Shown here: positions 1 to 11,400 of the stretch, in pieces
Layout of the letters: the number at the start of each line of letters is the position of its first letter
Numbering within the stretch: position 1 is the stretch's first letter
NCBI GenBank assembly: GCA_000708835.1
Contig: DF236969.1
Location: forward strand, 186,001-250,000
From: Klebsormidium nitens
Lineage: Eukaryota > Plantae > Klebsormidiophyceae
Direction: 5' to 3'
DNA length: 64,000 nucleotides
Program-made: the position numbers and the translations under genes
Notes under the pieces: generated by a model
Told to the model about the DNA's origin: nothing
Database searches by the model: none
What the model saw: the letters and a program-made list of their open reading frames with translations, nothing else

Positions 1-744
1 AAGCTACAGGCAATAAGTAAGATCCCTTACGACGATAGCCAACAAAGATCCAGTTGGTAAATCTGTACACGAGAATGAGCTGCAAAACGGGTTGCTTAAC
101 TTGCTTCTGGTTGACAAAAGGACGTTGATTGTGGAACATGAAGTGATCTTAAGGAGCCAGACTATGAAACAACGGGCGGAAATTCTTCCCATACTTCTCT
201 TGGGAGCTTGCGTGGGAGCTTGTCTAGGCGTCCAACCACACTACAATGCAGCAAGACATTGCATCCCATCTCGTTTTTACCAGATCTTACTGGATGCGGC
301 AGCAGAAATTGTGTCTGGGAAACCTTACTATGGAGGTAACAGAAACGATTTGAAGAGTGTCTGGTGCGGCTGCTAGAATTAATTACTCTCAAGAAAATCA
401 ACCTGTTCTTGATGGTCAGGCATGTTTTTTAGTCATGGTTCCTTTGGAGCAGCCTGGGCGGTTCTGGCTGACACAGGAAAATGCAGCGCGGGCTTTGTTT
501 TGCTCAGGGCCAGTTCAAAAGAAGCTGTACATGCACGTTGCACTTTAGCACCTTTGCAATCCTGTCTCCCCTTTTTACCACTTCACTCCAAGCTCCTCTT
601 GAAAACTAGCACAGATAGGAGGAGGAACTCCAGAGTAGGCCTCAAAAAGGGCTGCCCCTGAAACAGCAAGGCTCATCCTACTCAATCCTCAACTTCGCTA
701 GGTTCCTACCAGAACAAGAGACACCCTTGACTCCAGCTGATTAC

Positions 745-942
745 CTGGGGTGCATAGTTACTGCCTCGAACGACCCTCCTGTCATACATTATGTTCATTG
801 GGATGGGGTATGGTCCCCCCTCTGTGGCCTCATTTGGCTCCCTATACCTCCTCCTGTTGGCAGTGACTCTTGACTGGCTCGTAAGCTGCGTCTCGCTACC
901 ATTGCCTGACGGCTGCCTGTAATGTACGGCCGCCATTGACAT
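745..942 (-). CDS. RSP3: Radial spoke protein 3 (flagellar axoneme), first coding exon; the gene probably continues leftwards out of the window
   Basis: The translation RRRYRE...PMNIMYDRRVVRGSNYAPQ matches the hallmark RSP3 N-terminal motif NIM(Y/F)DRRVVRGNTYA. It ends at a CAG|GTAATC donor (intron starts 744). I could not assign downstream exons. Confidence 0.8.
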
Positions 943-1660
943 GCGCTTCTTACACTGGGCAGGACAACTTCTAGACCCCTCAGCGTTCCTTCTTTTTCAA
1001 TCCTTTATTTGCTCAGCAAGCTCGTTGCTTCTCTGGACGGCCCGAGAAGGGGCCTATAACTTCTTTCCTCTCCGCCATCATCCACCTCTGCCTGGAAAAG
1101 AAAAAGGGCCCGCGCAAACTCCCAGGGCGGACAATCCTTGCCAGCATGCTAGAATCTGGTGCCGCAACGATATTGGCCTATAACCGAGTCCTTCACTAGA
1201 GGAACGCAAAGCTTGTGATGTTTCCTGTCCTTAGCTGCGCGTGAGAGTCATCCGTCTGACCTTCTAACTTTTGAATTACTCAGGTCTGCGAGCAGAAACG
1301 TATACCGGTACCGTAATCAGTTTCCACGCAGTCAATTCAATCAGCGTACACAGTGACGTGAAAGCGTTCGATGAGTCTTATATTATTTCGAAGTAACAAC
1401 TACATACTGCAGCTACCATTGAATGAGGTACCTACCCGCTTGGGCGGACACCCTGTCCACGATGTACCTAGGTTTTAACAAGCGACCCGGTCCAGTGTCC
1501 TACCGTGTAGGACCTACGGGCAATGGTGTTCAGCAAATGGTTGTCGCGCGCGGTCGACTTTTTCGGACGGTGATCACGGTCGATGGCAAGCAGATGACGT
1601 GATCGAACGGCTCACAGGGTGGAAAACCAGAACTGGTGCCAGAAGTCCCATCAAAGAGCA

Positions 1661-3684
1661 ATGAGCATGAGCACTGGCAGGTCTGTGCCAGTGCACGGTG
1701 CAATACCGGTAGGTCTTAGGTGTCTGTGCAAGGGTAATATATATGTACTCGCTCAAAACAGCACCGCACTGCTGTCTTCTGAGAAGTAGAGCTGCTGGCA
1801 CCAGACATACGTGGGACATCGTTCCTAGCCTCTAGGCTCTGTGCCAGTCAAGCTCAAAAATCATACAGGGCAGGACCGAGGTAGGGCGGGCAGATACTAA
1901 AGAAGAACGAAGAATGGACGAAACGCAGTTTGGAGCTGAAAGTAGCTAGAAAGGGAGGAGGCATAGTTGCAGCGGTTCGATGACACTGTTGAGCAGCTAT
2001 GAGCTCCAATTGATACTTCTCCTGCTGCTGGAAGATAGTACGGATGCGCTCTGACCAAATTGGAGTCACAGTGGATTCGATCAGACCGCATTGGTGAAAG
2101 CATGGAGCAAGCTGGTTGAGCAGTATGCTTCCAAGCTTTTGTCTGATGACTACGCAAGGCTGTTGGAAGTCTTCGATGCGATTGAAATTCTGAAGGGGAA
2201 GATGCTGGACAGCCCCTCTGTAAGGTGCAAGGTGTCCCGCCTTCTCCAGGAGCTTCTTGCATACAAGCGCGGCGCGGTTGTCCAACGAGTGGTGCAAGTG
2301 CTCCTGACAAGGCGCCCCACGATCTCAAGCTTTAAGAACAACAGAGTGAACACGGCAAACTATAGGCTTTACCTGGCCTGTTGCATGACTTTGGCGACAT
2401 TGAGTGAAAGCCAAGTGGTTGCGCGCTTCTGTGTGAAGGAGAAGAAGACGACGCGCATGCTTGCTGCGGAGCTCATGTACCTCCACAAGCATGGGATGGC
2501 TCTCATGCTCAAAAACATTGCAGTGAAGAATGCAGAGGATTTGCAATTTTCCCTGAGGTTGTCACTGGATGCCATCAGGGGATTTCTGAACCTTTTTCGT
2601 GCTTCGGATCACTTTCGCCGGACTCTGCAGGAGATTGACGAGCTTTTCCCAGCTCTTGAAAAGCTTTTGGTGACGCTTCATGACTCGGCACAGTTGATTC
2701 CAGAGCACCAAATTCAGAGGGCCCTGATCTATAGCTTTCGTTTGATTTACACGTTCATTCTCTTTGAAGACACCCAGCAGTGGGCTCTTGACAGAGGACT
2801 CCTCAGGATCCAAGCGGCAGGTGCAAGGTTTGCAATGCTTGACAACTTTGCCAACGGCAGCCCCATGCAGATGCTCGGTCGCTCCATGATGGATGAAGGT
2901 GGTTTGCAAGAAGTTCAGCACCTCGACCTCTGGATGAGAGATTGCAAGGATCCGCGAACAGCAAGTGCAATCCGGACCTTCTATTTGGACCATTTTAAGG
3001 ATTTGTTCACGACCCTTGGACCGACCGTCGCAGGCTCAACAGGCATGTCTCCTAATGTGCAACGAGCTCTCGAAGGTGACGATCACGAGTCTCTGAGGTT
3101 TGTAAAGGCTTTGGCTAGGCTGCACAATGGCCGCTCTGTCATCTGATGCGCCGGTCGTCTGCTCCTGGGAGCTGTGTGAAGTAGGTTCTATGTCAGAAGA
3201 TGGGACAAAATTCAGCAAGTGCGCTGAGTGCTCGTTGGCTTACTACTGCAGGTGAGACAGTTTGGTTCTGAGATCTTTGGTTGCTTTCAATCTGTGTTGC
3301 CCGTTTTGGGGTTCAACTTGTTTCTTGACTTATCTCCTGTCTCACCACTGTGTTCGACGAACTGGACAGTGCCAAGAATACTGCGCTTTTGAAGCTTCAT
3401 AGTTATTGCATCACAGGCATACATGTATCATAAGCATCGATGTGTTTGTGCCACACAAAATTTGGTTGCTTGTTTCCTTGAGCTGATGATTCTGCTTTCT
3501 GCTCCTTTTTGCTCATCGCTCCTGCACTACTATTTTGAGCAGCACTCTGTAGACGCTGACGCAACTCATCAATCTTTTCAATTTATGCAGCAAGGAGCAT
3601 CAGAAACTACATTGGCGGAGCCACAAGAAGCAGTGCGAGGATGCGTCCTGTATGACACCTGCAAGAAAATCCTCGTCCACCTGA
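1661..3684 (+). CDS. Helical protein with a C-terminal MYND-type zinc finger
   Basis: Long ORF 2091-3146, then in a different frame CSWELC...KCAECSLAYYCS|KEHQKLHWRSHKKQC, a complete MYND pattern. Intron 3252-3590 (GTGAG...TGCAG); stop TGA at 3682-3684. The 5' end is tentative (ATG 1661, intron 1681-2071). The frame change near 3100 needs a short intron or an indel (see findings). Confidence 0.7.
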
Positions 3685-4114
3685 AGGTAAGAGCACTATG
3701 CTGTTGGTAGGTCCATCAACATCTATACCACATAGAGCATTTCAGTGTGACTCCTTTTCTAAGCCGAGCGAGCAATGCAGGCGACGAAGAAGGGAGAGCA
3801 CGAATCAGACGAAAAAGGAATCAACCACTTGGGCTTTGTCCATCTCTTCGAGTTAAGAAGGGTCGGTGGTTGATAAAGCACCTGCTCGAAAGTAGTCAGC
3901 AGGATAGTCAGCAGAATCATCATAATATAGCGAAGCAGACAGGAAGGATCCTACTTCCTTCTATTTTCAGCCTTTGACGTTTGTCCTGCTTCGTTGACGT
4001 CGTGTCTTAGCAGTGACTGGTCGGATGGGCAGGCTCAGGTTGACAAAACATCGGACGGAGTCTCTGACCAAGCGAAAGACTCTGAGGATGAGTCGAAGTT
4101 AGGCCTCCGTAAAG

Positions 4115-4185
4115 TACCTTACACGCCTTAAACGGAGCCGAAACTTTTACCTTACACGCCTTAAATGGAGCCGAAACTTTTACCT
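4115..4185. repeat. 33-bp tandem duplication (2 copies plus a partial third)
   Basis: TACCTTACACGCCTTAAA(C/T)GGAGCCGAAACTTT at 4115-4147 and 4148-4180 with one mismatch, followed by TACCT. Confidence 0.95.
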
Positions 4186-5496
4186 GAAAACCAAGCACTT
4201 GCGTGGGCAAGGTCGAATAGTCGGATCAACCTCGTCTCTTTCCAGAACGCAGGCTGAGCTAGCAATTGTGATCATCTACAGTCGTTGATTGCTTGGTGGG
4301 CTCTGAAAGCCAAAATTTATTCTTGATTTGGTGTGTGACCCTTGCTGCAGGTGTTTGACACTCTTGAGGTGCTGGGGCACTCTTCTAGAATCTTGAGGGT
4401 GGAATCCCACGGAGGGAAATGAATAAGTGTAGGATCAGAGGCAAAATACGTACGGTCCGTCGAAATCAAAGGGAAAACTCGCCAAAGAGAGCCCTGAACG
4501 GACTCAAGCTGCAAAAGAAACAACGATGGACGAAAGTATGGCCGGGCTTGATGAGACTCTTTGACTCATATCGCATGAAACTTGAAGTCGATTGCGTAGT
4601 TAACAGTCGAGCGACGTGTCCATATTAATGTCACCAATAGCAAGCCTTCTCCGGGCGTGGTTCAGATGGAACGTCCTGCAGATCTCGCGTGGTCACGCGC
4701 GTGTGCATGCTTGCATATAGATATGAATTGTTCTATAGTAGCCAGCTAGATACAATGATTTGAACTTATTGCTTACATGGTCTATTGTCAATTTAGACTG
4801 TATCTAGAGTCGTGTCGGCCATGCCGCGTTGCTCAGCTTGCAAGGACAACTGCATGCGCATGTACGTACGCAAAAATGGTGTGAAATCAAATTATGGTAC
4901 GGTCATGTGTATTTGACGCCTAGGGCACGCACTGCATGATGATTGAGCTTTCGAGTTGGCCCACAGCACACATGGAGGCCTGCCAGCAGGCTAGCTTGCA
5001 TGCAGTGGCATCTGGCTGCGTATACGCGCGCATGCGGGGACGTCCAACGCCATGCCGTCCCGATGCATCGCACATGTGTCGTTCTATGAAAAATACACAT
5101 GCCAGGCCGCCCTGTACTTCAACGCATAATCTCTCTATAGTTCTCGAACGGTTGTACCGTGTACGAGCCTCTAGCTCATTTTCGATTTGCCGCTGATGCA
5201 ATAATGGCATGCACGTGTGGCATAAACTGATGTCATCCAGTCAACCGCTGAGTCTAGAACCATGTACAATGTACACTCGTTAAGGATCAACAATATGACG
5301 GCTCTGCATGCGTATCTTGTAGCATGGTGCGCGACAGGCCTGCCTTAGAGACTAGGGCGAGGAAACGTAGTTGTTCCCCGGTCTTGCAGCATGACTTGAG
5401 ATTGTAGCGCTCAGATTCGCGACGAACAACTTAGCTTCTGTCACGATTCTTCGTGCAGTTGTTTGTTTCTGTCCGCCAAGAAGCGTCTAGAACATA

Positions 5497-8400
5497 TCAA
5501 GAGCTCTTCATTGCACAGAAGGCAGAGCTCGTTGCTGGGGGCAACACGCAAACCAGATGCGGGCCAGCCGGGCTGCAGAATAAGGAAACTTTGCTCAGCC
5601 ATAACAGTCAAGCCGCAGCCACATTAGCACACAATAGATAAGACAAGCCAGAAGCAGATTCTGAACGAGAGACTGCCTGAGTGAACCCCCCAAACAAAAC
5701 GTCCCTGTGACCCCGGTCTGCGTTACCGTAAGGCACTGTTTTCTAATTGCAGAGAAGATTGGCACACGATTGAGAACTGCACATTGTCCCCCGAAGAGGA
5801 TTGAACAAGGCCCGTCGGCAAGAGGTAATCTGGTAGACCCTCCTTGAAAGGGTTCGCGGCACCTTACCTGTGCGAGATGTGGCCTCTGCTTATTCCGGGC
5901 AGCTTCAGGGCCGGTGGGTGCACGTGTCCCGTCACGATAGGCACGCACGCCATGCTGACTACAAGGAAGGCCCCTTTCCGCCTCTCGAGCGTCAGCCGGC
6001 CTTTTCGTCGCCCAGCAATCATCCACTGCAAGATCGGAAGAGTTTCATGAAGCCCAGTAACTTTTCACCAGCGGAGTCAATAGCAGCACTTGCTATGAGA
6101 TTCAATGCCGCAAAGAGGCGACGAAGTGCAGACTGGCAGGATATGTCAAAAGCGGATTGTTCGAGCAGATGCGATTCAGTGGTTTAAAGGTCGCGGGAGA
6201 AACCTATGACCCTGCGAAGAGAAGAGAACCAGTTTTTTTGCGCGCTGTTACAAAACCAGGAGCTCAATCGTCGAGCTGAATACAAGTCGAGAGTCACGAA
6301 GATCGTTCCTGATTTCGCGCACCGCAGAGCGTTTGTTGTCATACTCGTGTTGTCCAAGCAAGTGATGGTGAAAGTTATGTGATCAAAAAGGCTTCCAAAA
6401 CAGAACGGGCAATGTCTAAGAAAGGGTGTACGAAGGCCCTTGCCTGTTCCTGCCCCGCCTTGATCTCGTAGCTCAGCTCCTCGGCCTCTCCATCGGTCTC
6501 TCCATCTTCCCCCTCCCCAGTTACCAGCCTTTTCTCCCCCCCGACGAGCCGCTCGACCCGCCATTGCAACACCAGCGCCCGCCCAACGGTGACAACGCCG
6601 CTCAGCGGCAGCAGCCCCACCGCCAACCGCTTCTCGAGGACGGGCATCTGGAGCACAAACGAGTGCCGGAACGTAGACGGGGTCGCGGACTTCTGGCCTT
6701 CCACTGGGCTGTGCGCGCCGTATCGCCGATCACCTTGCACCGTGTACTCGAGAACCAACATGCTGCTGGCCTTGGACGGGACGCTGATGCTGAGCCGTTT
6801 GGTGCCGTCGCCGTTGGTGGTAACGGGCTCGGGAGCGGTAACGGTTGCCGGCGCCGGCTTGACGGTGAAGAGGAGGGCGCCCTCGGAGCCGGCGTGAACG
6901 GTCAGGGGGAGGAGCCAAGCGGTGTCGATGCTTGAGGGAGATTGGTCCGCTTGGGCGGGAACGAAGTTGGACTGCAGCTCCAGACGAGCGCTTGTCACGG
7001 TGACAGTTGCCTCAAGCTGGGAGCGGAGAACGACCTGCAAGGAAGGAGAAACGTCTGTGAGTTTCGACAATGAGCATGTTACCAAGCATTTTCTTCGAGA
7101 ATGTTTGATGATTGATGACGACGAGAGTCGGATAAAGGGGGACGGAGACTGCCAGCTTCCCCGTTAGAGCGTTCAAAGAATACCCGTCTTTGGTGGGACT
7201 TCACTACGCAGAGGAAGAGTGCATAAGTACAGCTGACGACATTTCGACTGCAGCAGCAAACCTGGTAAAATGTTCGTTAAGGCACTGGGCAGCTTGTTCC
7301 GAGAGGCCGATCAGTTGCCGGGGCAAGCGACATACAGAATGGGCCACCATTTCATTGCAATTTCGTGGTTCATGAGCTCTGCCATTTTTGGACAACCACT
7401 TGGCCATGTAAGCGAGAGGCCCAGCAAAGTTGCAAATCCACAAAACCTGGTCGACGTCGCCACAGCAACGCACTTCCAGCTCATGCTCACCTGCAGGAGC
7501 ATCGTCCCGTCGTTGCTCTTGCTGACCACCCGGTCCGCCGCCGCAAACGGCTCCGCAAAGTGCAGCGAGAGCGCCTTCTGGAACTCGCGCCCGCGCCCCG
7601 CCCCGAACTCCAGCTTCACGCTCAGCATCCGTATGCCCCCCTCGGCCTCCGCCCTCTCGCTCTGCTCGTCCACCCACTTAGACAGCCGCTGCTGCTGCGG
7701 GGGGTTGGCGTAGCCCGTCTTTCTGCCCCCCGTGTCGGGGGTACCGTTTGGGGGGGTGGGCGGCAGGGTGCTGCCTCGTGGGGGGGTCCCGAGCGGCGTG
7801 TTGTGGGCCTTAGTCGGGGCGGGGGATGGAGAGGGCGTGGGGGTGTAGGCGAGAATATTGGGGTTGGTGGACTGCTCGTCCGCAAGCTTGAATCCGCGAA
7901 CGCGCACCCAGACGATGGTGGGCGTTTCGGACGCCCAGTCCGGGAGTGCTATTGCCCCGTTCCGCATCTCGACGAGCTTTCCCCTCGGATTCGACCCCGC
8001 TCCACCCGTTCCGTCGCTGGTATTTACTGGCGTTCCGTTCGGGACCGATCCGTTTTCCCCTGTGACAACTGATGCCGCCGTTCCCTCGGCATCGGCCTCC
8101 GGCAAAGCGCTCCCGTCCGTGCACTGCGCTACCAGCTCCAAGTGCGCCATCTGCGGCTCTTCGAGTACGAGTCCGTTCCCCACCGACAGCCGCAACAGTG
8201 CTCCTTGGAGCGAGTAGTCGAGCGCCTTCACCAGAACGCCCGCCCACTGGACCTCCCCCAAAAGCAACCCGCTCGCGACAACCGCGCCCACTTCGACGAG
8301 CGGCCGAGCGGCCGCCACGTGGAGGGCCGGCCGGAGGGGCTTCTCGCTGGAAAGGTGCTGGTCGCTGTCGGGGGATCCCCCCTTGGAGCCAGCCGCGCTG

Positions 8401-11400
8401 GTGGAGCAGTGGGTGTGGGTGCGCAGCCGGACGCGACCCAGCAGACCTGATGTACAGGATCCATTTTGAGATCAGATTTAAACGGTTCAGGGGAAGAACG
8501 TCAGCTTTTCGTATTCGGTGAAAACGACAGGGCGTCGAAGTCTTGATGTCACGAGCAGTGGGTGGGTGCGAAGCAGCACACGACTGAGCAAGCCTGGAGC
8601 AAGGGGAAGCAATTGTCAGAGAGCAAAGCTCAATTCTGGGGATGCTTGTGGTTCTGTGAAAACGTGGGACTCATCATTCAACATCGATTAGCAAAGGGTA
8701 GTCAACTTGGAGCGTTCGGATCTAGGCCCTCTGTTTTGCTTTGGGTTTGACATTGATTGAATGAAAGTAAGGCGCTTTGTCTGCTTTGCTTTCGAGATGC
8801 ATGGTATTACAAGCGAGACCTGCTGTCTTAATAGAGGTTTTTGGGTAATCCAAGTCCGACAAGCTCGGGGAAATCATCACCGGTTCCGTGACAATGAGTG
8901 CGCCAAATGCTGGGGATTCTCTTTCCACGAAAGATCGATAAGTCCTACCGCACTACGAGTGCCAAGAGCTTGTGCAGGAGGAGTTTGAAATGGTACTCGA
9001 TGGAAATGCCCAACAACTTTCTTACCAGTCAACGCCTGGAGCACATAAGTTCCTTGCCGCTGCGGGCTGATGGCAATCGGCACCACATTCTTCCCTGGGT
9101 TCAACACTGGCGGCTCCGTGCTCTTGACGACCTTGGCTTCGTCAGATGCTGACGCGGACGTAGCTTGCAGCGTCAAGCTCAGCGAGTCCAAGGCAAACTG
9201 CAGCAAAAGCGAGACCGTCAGCGGCTCCAAAGGGATACAAGTCCATGCAAGCTGCGTGAGTTCCTCGAAGGTCTGCCCATTCTCTTATCAGCGTGAATGG
9301 CTCTTTCAAAGTCACGACCTCTGTGCCTTGACTTGCGGTCAGTCTGCATCACACTGTCATGTACTTGGTGGATTGCCAACCAGAAGCTGCCGAAACAATC
9401 GAAAGTGCGTCCATCAATCGCTTTCTCGAGACGATACGCAAACGCTCATCAACAGATCAATGTGCCATGCTCCCACTCATGGGCGACGTCATCACTTACC
9501 CCTTCCGGAAAGCCGCTCCAGATCGTGATGTCGATGGAGCCCGGGTCACCTTCACAGAAATCGAGCGGCGGGCCCCCTTTGGTTGCGAACGTCAGCAGCG
9601 AGCTGATGTCCAGCGAGACCGGGTCCTGGAGGCCGCTCCTGGCAACGCGGGCGAACTCACGCTGGAGCTGTAACCGCTCATCCTGAGATAGAAACACAAC
9701 GCAGGTTTTGGAAACTGTCAAAGACAGGATAAACAGATGCTGAAGGATGCAAAAAGTCAGAAAGCGCGTCGTTTTGAGTATGCAGGCCGGCGGCACGGAA
9801 CGAGAATCGAAAGGGATGCGTTTCCGAGGGCTTCCGACAAGATACTAGAAAGTGGACAATGTTGCCAGCGGACAACCGAGATGCGGGACAATGGCCACCG
9901 AGACCTTCCGCCTTCTTCCAAGTACATGCGGCAATAAACATCAAGCAGACTACCAGAATTGCGAAGCTACAGAAGAACCAGTGCTTCGGTAAATTCTCAA
10001 ACAAGTAACCCGCATTCGATCTTACCTGTGTGAGCAGCCCGTCCTCTAGCGCCAGCAGCCGCATGCAGCTGCCGAGGTACCCTGCCACGTCACCTAGCTG
10101 GCGCTGGCACTCGGAGAGGCGCGGGAGTACGGACGCCAGCAGTCCGTTCCACCGTTCCGCTGCGTAGAGCGCGCACAGCTTCTCGTACAGCTTGACGGCG
10201 CTGTCCAGATTGCCGCGTTTATAATAAACGGCGGCCACCTGCGCAGACCCTAGATGATGTCAGACTCCAGCTGAGTGACGGCTTCCGGAAAGGGGACTTC
10301 CGGAACACAGTGGGGCACGATAGTGCCACCAAAACAATTATTTCCGTGGCGAGTGAAGCGAAGCCGTGGGCGCTAGTCCAAGTAGCGCGTCAACAAGAAA
10401 GGCTCGTTTTCGAGCCTGCAGTTTGCAAGACCTGCAAAGTAGAGTTGCTAAGGGGACCGTTCGCGGTGCGGGCAGATAAAGCCCTTCTTTGTCTGTACAC
10501 CGATTGCCAAAATGGCCCTCAAGTGGCCGTGTTGAAAGCAGCGCTTTGGTGCCTCAATGGACCTTCAAAGCAGAGCAAAGAAAGGACTCGCAGATTGGGG
10601 CCGCAACTTTGTATGCAGAGAAACGCACCTCCCCGTCCATCACCACCCCATGCCGGCGCCGCGACGAGCGGTGGTAGTTGTCCGCGGCGGCTCGCGTCAG
10701 CTCGAGGTACAGCTCTTCGAACGCCTGCCGGCTTGAGAGGGCCTTTCGCAGCCCGTCGTGGCTCAGGGTTTTGAGCAGGTGGGCCTCGGCTGCCACTTGG
10801 ACTTGGGCCAGCGTCATGATGGGGCCGAGAGGACGGGGGGCTGCTGGAGCAAGAGAAGCGACGAGGATCGGAAGGGTGTTCGAAAGCGCGGAAAGAAGGT
10901 CTCGTTCAGAGTGTTCTACTCGATAATGACCGTCTAAATGAGCGAGAACGAAAAGAACAGTCCCCTGGAAGGACTGGACTTAGTCAAACTGGACAGGAAC
11001 ATGAGCCAAACTTGCGTCGGTAGAATCCGAAAGGACAGACCCTTGTCAGCGGTTGCTGATTATCGAAAATCACGTGAGCGTGGAAGGATTCTCTAAGGTC
11101 AGGACATAGGCGGACACACACTGAGCATTACAAATCGGATCACCTGCCCCGATGTTGCTGCCCATGTGTCAACGCTGTTTACTATGATGCAGATGATACA
11201 AGATTTCGTGTAGGCCTTTGCTTCTGCTCACCATTCCCGCCTCCAGGGTCTGGTTGTCCTGCAGCTCTCCTCCGGTTGGCCTCCGGAGCGAGCGCGTTCG
11301 GAGCGAGAGCCAAGTCCTTCCGCCCGCTGGTGGTGGCCCCTCTGCTCTCTTCTCGTCGCGCTGCATCGGCTGATGCCTCTGCACGGCAGAACTTGCGTCT

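Noticed and set aside
1980-2090. ATG-initiated frame with an in-frame TGA (2052-2054) ahead of the MYND ORF, suggesting readthrough or selenocysteine
   Set aside because: An ordinary intron 1681-2071 explains the 5' end in phase, and I saw no SECIS or redox motif.
4115-4185. Direct repeats considered as CRISPR-like (also 54815-54875)
   Set aside because: Only two copies, adjacent or with a 7-nt gap; no spacers, no cas genes, and a eukaryotic context.
6426-8521. Several 100-235 aa ORFs on + overlapping TRAPPC10 exons
   Set aside because: GC-rich antisense shadows of a well-supported gene on the - strand.
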